Position numbers and translations under genes: made by a program. A DNA stretch of 63,204 nt, counting the filler, from Stramenopiles sp. TOSAG23-2 (taxonomy: Eukaryota), in the NCBI GenBank assembly GCA_900128395.1. It is 11 parts of 11 records of this genome, joined end to end, with 100 filler letters (N's around TTAATTAATTAA, not from the genome) between each part and the next. Parts side by side here need not be neighbours in the genome. Positions count along the whole stretch, not along the records: positions 29,549 to 36,798 come from LT650342.1; positions 36,899 to 44,130 come from LT650343.1; positions 44,231 to 51,460 come from LT650344.1; 8 more parts are not named here. The stretch is one strand, 5' to 3'. Below the pieces are notes generated by a model. That model was given only the letters and a program-made list of their open reading frames with translations, searched no databases and had not been told where the DNA came from. Below, in pieces: positions 34,601 to 44,256 of the stretch (its first letter is position 1; every line of letters starts with the position of its first letter).

Positions 34601-35277
34601 GGCGTAATATTATAAGGCAATTTTATCGTCTTTCTCTTTTCACGATCTTTTTTCATTTCATCATAGCTATATAATTTGTACGTCGACTTTCCTGTATTAT
34701 GAATTTTTCTTTCAATTGTAATCTCTTTTCCGTATATTGAATATTTATATCCACTTTCATCACTCACATTTTGCAACGTTATTAATAAATATGCATGTCC
34801 CATATGACCACGACGGATCATATCTTTAACGGATTTACCACGTTTCGTTTCTTCTGCGGATGCACCAAGACAGAGTTGGATTGCCGTTATAAATGTACTC
34901 TTTCCTCCACCTGTTCTTCCAGTAATGAAATTAATACGAGGGTTCAATTTTATACTTTTAGATTCATAGCACATGAAATTTTCAACCTCAATCTCTTTAA
35001 TAATACCGGCAACGTCGTCTTCACTCTCGACGGAAGGCTGTTCGCCAGAATTATTAGATGGTAATTTTTCCATTGATATATTTTCAGCTGATATGCCTTT
35101 ATTGCCATTGATGTCAATAGCGTTTGTAGCAGTCGTAGTTTCAATTCTACGCCTACGTACAGGTCTTGTAGTTTCATTTGCACGAGATACACCACCACCA
35201 TCGTTTTCAACAACACTGCTTACATTGTTGTTGTTTTGGTCATCATCAACATTGTTGCTTGAATAGTTACGTTTCAT
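31687..35277 (-). CDS. SMC6: Structural maintenance of chromosomes protein 6-like (1196 aa)
   Basis: IKEIEVENFMC, Walker A GRTGGGKS, AIQLCLGASA..TKRG, NPLCVLDQ, coiled coils with hinge, signature LSGGERS, Walker B CIMDEFD, QFIFVTP. Confidence 0.85.
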   Translation of the reverse strand: MKRNYSSNNVDDDQNNNNVSSVVENDGGGVSRANETTRPVRRRRIETTTATNAIDINGNKGISAENISMEKLPSNNSGEQPSVESEDDVAGIIKEIEVENFMCYESKSIKLNPRINFITGRTGGGKSTFITAIQLCLGASAEETKRGKSVKDMIRRGHMGHAYLLITLQNVSDESGYKYSIYGKEITIERKIHNTGKSTYKLYSYDEMKKDREKRKTIKLPYNITPLDEIKRIKDHFNIDVCNPLCVLDQLTAENFITKYNSAELSTFFYKTASLLAVKNDLENVKDALISTKRNLDSSVRTRKILTQKVKDAEEKLNQSKNLSKIDNDIAYEKQKLAWALLEKEEHRLEKCERLHEKLQSACNTANQNFNKAKQKLEQVVEDINSKVDQVRSYEESMNMKKEKLQQVKADVREKTKKANINEMRREKKHVSANLKKYEGKKNALLKQKDYLEAEIDHARLRQHQSSTDKMKYNCVKLKQELRVLNSSIRSDKERLPTFEDRLDLLEQNCEIANVELNSLETSCKNAKEEYEKNQSKFLRLKQEAAAEERNGCENNNNNPLVMYSKKIQDLRNMVDKNVKLFEVKPVVPVGEFIHLKAGQERFALAAEEMMKRSMSSVLVSTVKDRILLFKMIDKLNMRNSYDEISISKLDKYLCNGNRKKLSQNEQAPRNLKTVYDVLDFPNNAIGNWVHNFVLFTNCAHNKIICDVRHEMDTIMGNPPWPVNEAISIDAKRGAKSFAGGGNVTNFPRWKPSTETFFLKKANTLQVDRLQSAVAGAAKACQQSKIHLNACIDKNSAAKEKYKADINEIKRIQSYCTRLKANVKENLQLKRQKDHELGELEKMLAQNGNDVEEDSEEVKTLLVKFNNIQNDIEVNDDMISKYINEDNKLKVKLNKKEQKLNGDVAHLKKSIGKLEDEIDNLDRKLNLLRDTTILRERHTKRKRHVAKVTRILQKFSEKLDECKKRYTQLKKMVASQRNRINSIYPTGRLHLNAKETVTTIGAKIKALENLQRSKRESSNIPSNAELKTRVAEALAKLEQHDQNVDFIHTNHRELICSRKERKERYKGMEHCLKKLVKATFVRLSARFGEEFGHVQTRGNEFKIKYDNKDLQQLSGGERSTAQLNLLLSMMSCVDFPFCIMDEFDICMDERRRSLSLHQLIHAAESTDGQFIFVTPHSIEALGSNVLNKDYIGKFTV

Positions 35278-36496
35278 ATTGTTACTATATACAAAATATT
35301 TTTCGTTGAAATAGATTGATTATATTGTATCAAAACGTTTCTATGTTGATATCTTATATGTTTTTCTATTTCCTCGTCTCTTGTGTGTATCTATGGTCTT
35401 ATATACAGTAAAGTTTTTATTTCGTTTTGGGTGTTTTTATGATTGTAGTTATAGTCGTGTGATGCTGCTATAATATTTTTATGATGTATAGAATTAAGAA
35501 AACAAAAAATATACGGGTCCTTTTTTTACTTTTTTTTAGGTAGTTTCGAAGTTTCGATAAATGGTCCCCTATCAAGGTTTTTGCACACGTAATACTATGA
35601 TATTAGTATTTTCCTGGTACATACTACTTACACTACAAAGTAATTAATACCACAATACCACGGCTTTTTTCGAACATACAGTAGTAGTCTAAAAAGTCGT
35701 TCAAGTATAAAAAGTGAAAGTAGTCCTTTTTTCTTTTCCGTCAAAGTTACATTGTTATATGTTAAAATTGATATATGTAAAATTGATCGTAAGTGATAGG
35801 CATAAATTTGTATATAGAAAAAATAGAGTGTATTATATAAATGTATATGCCTCCAACAACAACCGGGTTCTGGGACAACAAAATAAAATTATAACTAAGG
35901 ACAAAGGAACAATTTAACTATAAATACGTAAAGTAGAGTTAGAGCTACCACTAAATAGCACTAAGAACTTGAAACCCTAATATTCCTGGTACAACAAAAT
36001 GAGCTATAACGTAGGAGCATGGGAGATTTTGTTGCACCAGCTGGAAAGTAGAGTTAGCAAAACAGTGCTATCGCCTTCTTGGTCAATAATATACCCCTCT
36101 TCCTGGGGACAATTTGTTGTACAACTTTTGTTGTAAAAGAGGTATAATATAAGAATATTATTAATTTACAAACAATAATGGATATATTATATATTTATTA
36201 TCATTATACTACCTGGACTACGTATTATATGTATAGCTATAATGCATCATCTCACGTTATTACGTAAAATTAAATAAATATGTTCTAAATATACTACCAA
36301 TATACTATAATCTAAATCATCAAAAAAAATAAAAGTTAAGCAACGCTTAAAACTGTATGTTATATATATATATATATTATATCTGTCTGTATATATATAT
36401 TATATGATAGTTGGAAAAAAAAAGAAAAGAATATAAAAACATATGCATATACATATATATATAGATATAGATTACCAATAATTGAAAAAAAAAAAA

Positions 36497-36798
36497 ATGG
36501 CATCGATTGCAAATAATAACGTTCCTGATGACGAGAGAAGAGGCGAAGATGCAAACGACATCGTAACACTTAGCCAACTATATTCACAAAAGATCGACAT
36601 TAATCAAACAGACGAGATGGGCCGAACAGCATTACATTTCGCATCATACATGGGACATACTGAGATTGGGAAACATTTGCTCTTAACTGATGATATCGAC
36701 GTTAACAAAACTCGCAGTGTACCTGATTGGAATGATGTGTTTTGGGAATGTGGGCTCACACCAATAAACATCGCAGCATTCTATGGACATTACGAAAT
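36497..36798 (+). CDS. Ankyrin-repeat protein, 3'-partial
   Basis: DEMGRTALHFASYMGHTEIGKHLL and GLTPINIAAFYGH; runs into the linker. Confidence 0.85.
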
Positions 36799-36898
36799 NN
36801 NNNNNNNNNNNNNNNNNNNNNNNNNNNNNNNNNNNNNNNNNNTTAATTAATTAANNNNNNNNNNNNNNNNNNNNNNNNNNNNNNNNNNNNNNNNNNNN
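36799..36898. other. Artificial contig linker
   Basis: N44-TTAATTAATTAA-N44. Confidence 0.98.
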
Positions 36899-36953
36899 CC
36901 GCTTGTGTAATATTTAACTTTGTTTAAAAATTACTTTTTTGTTCATAATAGTG

Positions 36954-38675
36954 ATGTTGGCAATTTACACCTTTTTTTTGGCTTTTACATTTGCCAAAAC
37001 AGTTTTTGGTATTAATAATATGAATGTATATTTTGAAACTCGGTTAATGGCAGATGTGGCAGATGTAAAAATTGAATTTGGCCTTGTCGTGAACCATGCA
37101 AATACAATTATGCGTGACAATACTTATAAGCCTCCACCGGGCAATTATACAAGAGGTACAATGATACTTGCTACGTTTCATAGCCTTGTAAATAATGGAG
37201 CCTATGAAGTGTACGCTGCTAACTCAACGGGGAATATACCAATTTCTATAAACACCTATGGGAATGATCCAGGTATGTGCTTGTATCGTTGGATAACAAC
37301 TGATTTTCAAAATTACCAAGGTGGTGAATGTTCCTTGTGGGTTCAGTCGAGTGGTTTAGGAGACATTAAAACGATCACTCGTGATGATTCTACAGGGACA
37401 TACTACATGATTTATTGGGGTCCTGGCATGCCTGGCGAAAATGGTGGCGCGCCATATGTTTACACATCGAAAGACAATGGCAAATCATGGGATGGTCCAA
37501 AGTATGCAAGTGGATTGGACCATTACAACCCTCCAAACACAACAATCCATGCTAAAGATGATATTAATTTAATATATCAATCCGGTGTAGGACTTGTTGA
37601 TTTACAGTTATTTTGGGAAAAAAATGCATTAATACCAGGTGATGGTGCTTATTGTGACAATGGTGGTTGTGATAAAAGGCGTGTAAGTATTTTAAATCTC
37701 CTGTCAGCTCTGAATTCACTCGTTTACCAGATTTGTCACACACATAATATATATATATTATAATAAACGCATAAATTCTAACAGCGTTACATAAATCCTG
37801 CTTTTGCTTTTTTGTATTAGGTATTGGGAACAATGGTAAGCAAGGATGATAATGGTTTAATATGGAAATTTACTGGTTCTACGCGTATCCCAGGGGATGA
37901 TGAATATGATCCTCCTGAACTTCAATTTTATCGCAGTAGACCATTTTTTGTACCTGGAACCAGAGGTACTCGAATATTTGCCCATACATTACTGTATGCT
38001 CCTTCGCCTTACATCAATTTGAAATATGGTAGACAACCATATAGTTGCAAAGATCCACCAAATCAAACATACTGTCATGGACCTCATATGTATGAAGAGT
38101 GGTGGACATTGAGGCAGGGTGCTTCTGCGTTAGATATTTCAAATAAAACATGGCGTCGTCCTGCTAGATTTACTAAGATGGCACCTGAAAATGCGTATTT
38201 GTTTGCTCAGCCAGGTCTTGTTGAAAAAGGAGATAATATGAAAATGATATGGGTTGGAAGTGGAGAAATGTATACACTGCCATTACATAGGGGTGTAGGT
38301 TTATATTCACCTGCTAATAGCCAAGTGGAAGTTCGACCAGCATTTGATATATCTAAAGCAACTATAACTACTAAATTATGGATCAATGCTAATGCAAAAT
38401 GGGGTGCAAAATTACCACAAGGTGGTTGTGATGAAACTTGTGCAGCGTATGTTTTAGTAGAGCTTCTTGATGGAAATGGTAATATTATCGATGGGTATGA
38501 TCGTACGAAATTTAATCCAATCATGGATGAAGATGGTATTAATCTTCCTTTGCAATGGAATAATTCAACAAAATTACCGCTTGATCATGATGGGGATATT
38601 ACAGTAAAAGTTTGGTTTCGTGCAGCAAAGATTTATGCAATATATTTAGGCGAAGATTTTGATCCAGGGTTTTAA
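36954..38675 (+). CDS. Secreted beta-propeller, putative glycoside hydrolase-like protein; exons 36954-37682 and 37821-38675; ~527 aa
   Basis: Signal peptide MLAIYTFFLAFTFAKTVFG. Asp-box motifs YTSKDNGKSW and VSKDDNGLIW. Phase-0 intron 37683-37820 (GTAAGT...CTAAC...TAG) joins the two ORFs in frame. Confidence 0.7.
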
Positions 38676-39151
38676 AAGAAGTATAAAATATATTATAATA
38701 TTCCATTTATAAATTCAATAAAAAGTAGTACTCGTATATTATATTTTACCTGGTACTATTTTTACCAGGTAGTAATGTGAACATGGGATATTTAATACCA
38801 CCAAAATATGGGATTTTCGGGATAAGATAATATAATATTGGGAACTATACTTGGTAAAATACTGATAAACCCGTGGCCGCGACACATCACACATCATGTT
38901 TGTTGTTTTATTTATACCTGCACCTGTAGTACAATAATTATTTGTGTTTTTTTGTTTTTTTTTGTTCTATGAGCAAAAAAAGCTACATGTATAAAAAGAT
39001 ACAAGGCACTAAATAAGATTAAGATAGGAAAACATCTACATGACTGTTATAGTTTAAAAAGATTTTGTTAAATATATGACACTAATTAAAAACTTAGGTC
39101 TACATAGAAATAATTTTATATATAACAACTGAAATTATATAATATAATAAT

Positions 39152-40045
39152 ATGTCAATGATTTACGTCTTATTTTTGGTATATGCATTTGCCAGTACTA
39201 ATAATAATGTATTGGGAGAAAGAGTGGTGAAAGGACCAAATTCAAATATTGCTAAATTAAATAATGGCATGTCATTCCCAAAAGTTTCATTTGGTTTGCA
39301 AGTATATGATGATGCTACCGCTACTAAATATACAAAATTAGCACTCGAAGCTGGCATTCGTAATTTCTTTTCATCCGTTCTTGCTGGAAATCAAAAAGGT
39401 TTTGGGGTAGCTGTGAAAGCAGCTAAAACTATTTCACGTTCTGAAATCTTCATATGTGGCAGTGCAAACACAGCTTCTTGCTCTGGTTATAAAGACTGCT
39501 ACACTCAAACACAAGCTGCTTGGAAACAAAATCTAGAGGATATTGATGTGGAATATTTAGATCAAATAATGCTTGATTATCCATCAGGTGATTGTTTATC
39601 GATTCAAGGACAATGGGATGCATTTGAAGAAATGTTAAAAGAGAAAAAAACTCTTTCTATTTCTGTATCAAATTTTTCTCCACAGCAATTAGATTGTATA
39701 CCATCAAACGCAACAACGCCAGCAGTAAACCAATTACCATATTCTGTTGGACATGGAAGTGATACTGCGGTCTCGGATAATTATAAACATGGAAAAATAA
39801 CTGTACAAGCATATTTACCACTTGGTTCAGGATCAGTTCTTTCGGATCCTGATGTGATTTCAATTGGTAAAGCACATAATAAATCGTCTGCACAAGTTGC
39901 TCTTCGATGGATTATACAGCGGAATGCTACCTTTACCACATCAGCATCAACGTTACAACATTTTCAACAAGATTTAGATATATTTGATTTTGAATTGTCT
40001 GAGGAAGAAATGAAAACTTTGAATTGGAAAAAAGCAACATTTTAG
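39152..40045 (+). CDS. Aldo-keto reductase-fold protein with signal peptide and non-canonical active site (297 aa)
   Basis: KLNNGMSFPKVSFG, SRSEIFI, EYLDQIMLDYP, SISVSNFS, PAVNQL, QAYLPLG, KSSAQVALRWIIQ, DIFDFELSEEEM. Confidence 0.88.
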   Translation: MSMIYVLFLVYAFASTNNNVLGERVVKGPNSNIAKLNNGMSFPKVSFGLQVYDDATATKYTKLALEAGIRNFFSSVLAGNQKGFGVAVKAAKTISRSEIFICGSANTASCSGYKDCYTQTQAAWKQNLEDIDVEYLDQIMLDYPSGDCLSIQGQWDAFEEMLKEKKTLSISVSNFSPQQLDCIPSNATTPAVNQLPYSVGHGSDTAVSDNYKHGKITVQAYLPLGSGSVLSDPDVISIGKAHNKSSAQVALRWIIQRNATFTTSASTLQHFQQDLDIFDFELSEEEMKTLNWKKATF

Positions 40046-40411
40046 GTATGATACACCAAAAGTACTGATCTATGCTATAGATAGATAGATATATAATTTG
40101 ATCTACCATATATATTATATACGAACGTACAATATTTAAGTCAATTACGAGTACATTTTATTCTTTTGGAGAGTAGGAATTATCATGTTGAGTAAAATTA
40201 AAAATATTAAATTTAATGCGTAAATTACTTTCTCATTTTTTATTTAATATTTTATACGAAGTATATATATATCATATTTAAATATATAGTACTATATATA
40301 AAAATAGAAGTAAAATTAAAATAAAAAAAAATACTTTTTTTATAAAAAAATTTAAATTATTTTTTAAATATATAACATTAAATTATATATACGGAATACC
40401 ATTTTTAGATC

Positions 40412-42235
40412 TTACGATATTGTACAACAACCTCCACCACCATTTTGTTTTTTGTAATCCTCACTCTCTATCAAACGTTCCCCATCATCTAACTGATTTT
40501 CCATTCTCATATCGAAAGTATGTTGATCGTTTACTTCACCACGATGATATTCGAAAAATTGTACTCGATCGTTTCCACTATCTAATACAGCTAAATTGTG
40601 AACAAAATTTTTTGCCTTTTTTACATCAAAATGCCTATCGATATTTTCGTTCATCAACCAGTCGAATGTACAAATCGAACGTGGGAAACGAAAAAAACCT
40701 GGTGTGTTACTAGCAACGCCACCCCAAGTTGCTAATAAAACAAAACGATGATTCGGGACAGATCTATAAAATTGTGGTCTACCGTTATTATCTTTACTAA
40801 TGTGATGTTTATATTTCCAACGTAAGGCCAAAGGAACCAATGCAAATTCTTCTACAGACAATAATTGCTCTTTTGCAATGTTATTGTTATCGATTTCTTC
40901 CTCTTCAATGCCAAATATGCGTATACAATGATGCCCAGTATCTGCTACTATGCATAAACCTAGACTATCAATGCATATGTCTTCTGGATTTAAAAGCAAC
41001 GAATTGTATCTGTGCGGATCGTTATTATCACATTTCTCACCTAGTAAAAACTCATGGTGTAACCTATGAGAACGTTTATTTTTATGCTTTTTCAAAGTTT
41101 TTCGCTTCCCAGTTTTAACATCATATTTGGAAACACTATTTTGCCATTGGCCATATTGCATTTTGTACGGATCTGGGAACATACACTCTACATGCCAATC
41201 ACCCCACGAATTTTTCTTTTGTTCTTTATTGTGACTTTTGACATATGTGAAACATTGTATGCGATTATTCCCAGTATCTGCAACATAAATTTTATGCTTA
41301 TGAATAGCCAGGCCATGAGGTTGAAATCCTCTGTCAATTTGTCGCTATTTTCTGTTTCTTCTGATTCTTTACTTTCCGCTGTCGGTGTATCCTTTCTTTT
41401 CCATCGTACTGCTAACCCTCTTGTTCTAACTAATGTTTTGCCATGCAAAGTTTTTGTATAAATTTTATTTTCTTTTTTTCGTTTTTGTTCAATGTGACTA
41501 TCATTAAAAAAATCAAATGTATCATCTTCCTCTGAAGACGAATCTACAATTTTAGAGCTAAAAATAGAATTTGGATGTAAACTTTTGTCTTTTCTTTGCT
41601 GTCGGCCTGGATGATCATCGTATAAATCACCATCATCATCATTACTGCTATAATCATCAATTCGATCGGCAACCAAATAACTATTATCGTTTGTAGCATG
41701 TATCTCTTTTGCTTCTTCGTTGGTGACTGCAATTAGTGCTGTAACTTCAATGTAATGATCCGAGGTGATATTATCGTCTCGATGAAACTCACTACCATTT
41801 GCATGATGTAAATATATTAATGATGAATTCTTCTTGTCCAATTTTTTATTATGTGTAGTAGATGATGGGATATAAATTGAATTATTATCACAAATGCCAA
41901 CGACATGCATTGTTTTCAAATCAAATGCTTGAATTCTAGGCGAGCCCATCAATTCAGTATTATTATCGCATACATATACATAGGAAAATTTTCCAAAAAG
42001 AACACCATATGGATATTGAAATTGTCCTACATAATTTCCTCATTGTGCCATTCATATCGCCATCTACCTCAGCAATCATACGTTTGATTTCCTCTTCAGT
42101 TGGTATTTGGCCTAATGATGCCAATACTTGCCCAAGTTCATCTGCATCAACATGGCCATTACCATCCTTATCAAACAATGCAAATGCTTGTTTAAATTCT
42201 TCCATTTGATCTTCTGGGATATCACTAGATGACAT
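40412..42235 (-). pseudogene. Calmodulin-like EF-hand start followed by an NHL-repeat protein ending in CaaX-like CCTIS, interrupted by two frame breaks (segments 42235-42041, 42039-~41330, 41344-40412)
   Basis: [26 protein letters not shown] motifs [70 protein letters not shown] and LDSGNDRVQFF, lying in different frames. Could equally be an assembly error. Confidence 0.6.
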
Positions 42236-42860
42236 ATTTGTTCACTTTGTTTTATTTATAATTTTTACTGTGTTGAAATTGTATATTTTTTTTTAATTTA
42301 TATATATTATATAATATTATGTATGTATATATGTATGATCTAGTTCTTATCCTTTGATACTATAATGTAAATATATATATATATATATGATGTATATTCA
42401 TATAAACATGCAGAAAATGTGAGTGTTGTTACTGTATGATGTGTACGTATAATATGATGGTAAAGCGATGCTATAATAATAGCAAGGTTGTCCGTTTCAC
42501 CTCTCTACTGTATCCTTAGTTAGGATTAGGGTTTTTAGTACTGGCAATCCAATACAATCCAGGCAATCTGGCAATCCACATGCAGTCGTCTCAACAATAA
42601 TCGTGCAAAATCTGGCACATTCGTGCATAGTGGAAATAAAGCGTGTATGTAGACTACCTATTATATATATAGTACGTCGTAGCTATGTATACTGTGTCCA
42701 TATAAAAAGAATCCCAAAAAAATATAGAAGTTTTAAAGGTGATGGTCGATATCGTAATATTTCTTTATAAGATTTACAGGTAAATATCATTAGATATTTA
42801 CACACACGCACTTTTAACTTTTCACCCACATGGATCATATAGTACAATACAATTATAACC

Positions 42861-42906
42861 TATAGATATAGATATAGATATAGATATAGATATAGATATA
42901 GATATA
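42861..42906 (+). repeat. (TATAGA)7 microsatellite
   Basis: Direct reading. Confidence 0.9.
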
Positions 42907-42987
42907 TAAAGTTATAAGAAAACAAGTCAAGTAAAAAATAAACAACTATAGTAACAAATATCCGAGCAAAAGAAAAACAGTATTGTC

Positions 42988-43863
42988 ATGTTCAATTTCA
43001 AAACAAGAAACGTAAATAAAAAAAATAACATGCAAAGTCAACGAAAAATGGACGTGTCTATATCAGGATTACCATCAAATCATGTGAATGACAATTTTCG
43101 TCCACCTACAATTTATCAGTTAGCCCGAATCATGATGACAAGGGAAACGAAAGAATGCTATTCAAAAAACCAGATACGATTATCCTCACGATCTCTGAAT
43201 CACATGGATACCTTTCATGGCGGTAGGATGGGTATTCGTTATGGTTTGAAAGATGCCTTATCAAAATTTTCAGATTCTTTAATATGGATGGTCGACAACG
43301 CAGATGTTGACAATCTTGAACAAAGTGGAGCATTATTATCATCGCTTGGCAAAATTTTACAAAAAAACAATATTGCTGTGATGGTCTACCTATGCTGTAA
43401 CGAAACGTTAAAAAAGAAAGGACTTGCATTACCAGCGAAGGATGTGATAGTGAAAATGAAACTTCAAAAATGCATGCCAAAAAATGTAAAATGGACTGTA
43501 GTGGAAGGAAATGCACCACCTTCTTACGGGTATACATATGATCGAAAAACGAAAAAGAATATAAAATCTCCGGAACCTACCATGAATGATTTTAAAATGG
43601 CACAAAAAATCTGGCAATGGGCTTTGAATGCTAAATTTGGAAATAAAGAATTTCCATTGCCTGAAGATGTCAAATTTTTGCCATTGGCGGTGGATACAAT
43701 AAATGCAATCCATTTCGCGTTGAAAGAAACGGACATGTCCACAGTCCAGAAAGCGTCTGTATTGGACAAAAAGCGTACAAGTACTACGAAATCATCTTCC
43801 GTGGGAACAAAAAAAGCTAATTTGATACAAAGAGCTTTTCGAAATCTTATTTCTGTCTTTTAA
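42988..43863 (+). CDS. Degenerate Arf/Arl-like small-GTPase-fold protein (291 aa)
   Basis: GGRMGIR...SDSLIWMVDNADVDNLEQS, VMVY and ALPAKDVIVKMKL resemble the Arf pattern; G1, G3 and G4 motifs are absent. Confidence 0.5.
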   Translation: MFNFKTRNVNKKNNMQSQRKMDVSISGLPSNHVNDNFRPPTIYQLARIMMTRETKECYSKNQIRLSSRSLNHMDTFHGGRMGIRYGLKDALSKFSDSLIWMVDNADVDNLEQSGALLSSLGKILQKNNIAVMVYLCCNETLKKKGLALPAKDVIVKMKLQKCMPKNVKWTVVEGNAPPSYGYTYDRKTKKNIKSPEPTMNDFKMAQKIWQWALNAKFGNKEFPLPEDVKFLPLAVDTINAIHFALKETDMSTVQKASVLDKKRTSTTKSSSVGTKKANLIQRAFRNLISVF

Positions 43864-44130
43864 AAAAGTGTGTAAAAAAAACAGGAAATTAAACAATTTT
43901 AAACACTAAATCTATTTCACTGAAATCGAAGACAGATGATACATCTTACTTTTCTGTATCTAAAGTATATTATAGTCCACGAAATGTGCCAAGTATTTCT
44001 AAAATATTATTAGCACAAAGATAATTGATTTTTTAGATTTTTTATAAAAAAGTATTTTAATATAAGCATAAAGTAGACTATTTAAATAAAAATAATGTAT
44101 TAATAAATAAATAATAATACGTAATACTTC

Positions 44131-44230
44131 NNNNNNNNNNNNNNNNNNNNNNNNNNNNNNNNNNNNNNNNNNNNTTAATTAATTAANNNNNNNNNNNNNN
44201 NNNNNNNNNNNNNNNNNNNNNNNNNNNNNN
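44131..44230. other. Artificial contig linker
   Basis: N44-TTAATTAATTAA-N44. Confidence 0.98.
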
Positions 44231-44256
44231 TACTATTTTTATTCATAGTGTTTTAT

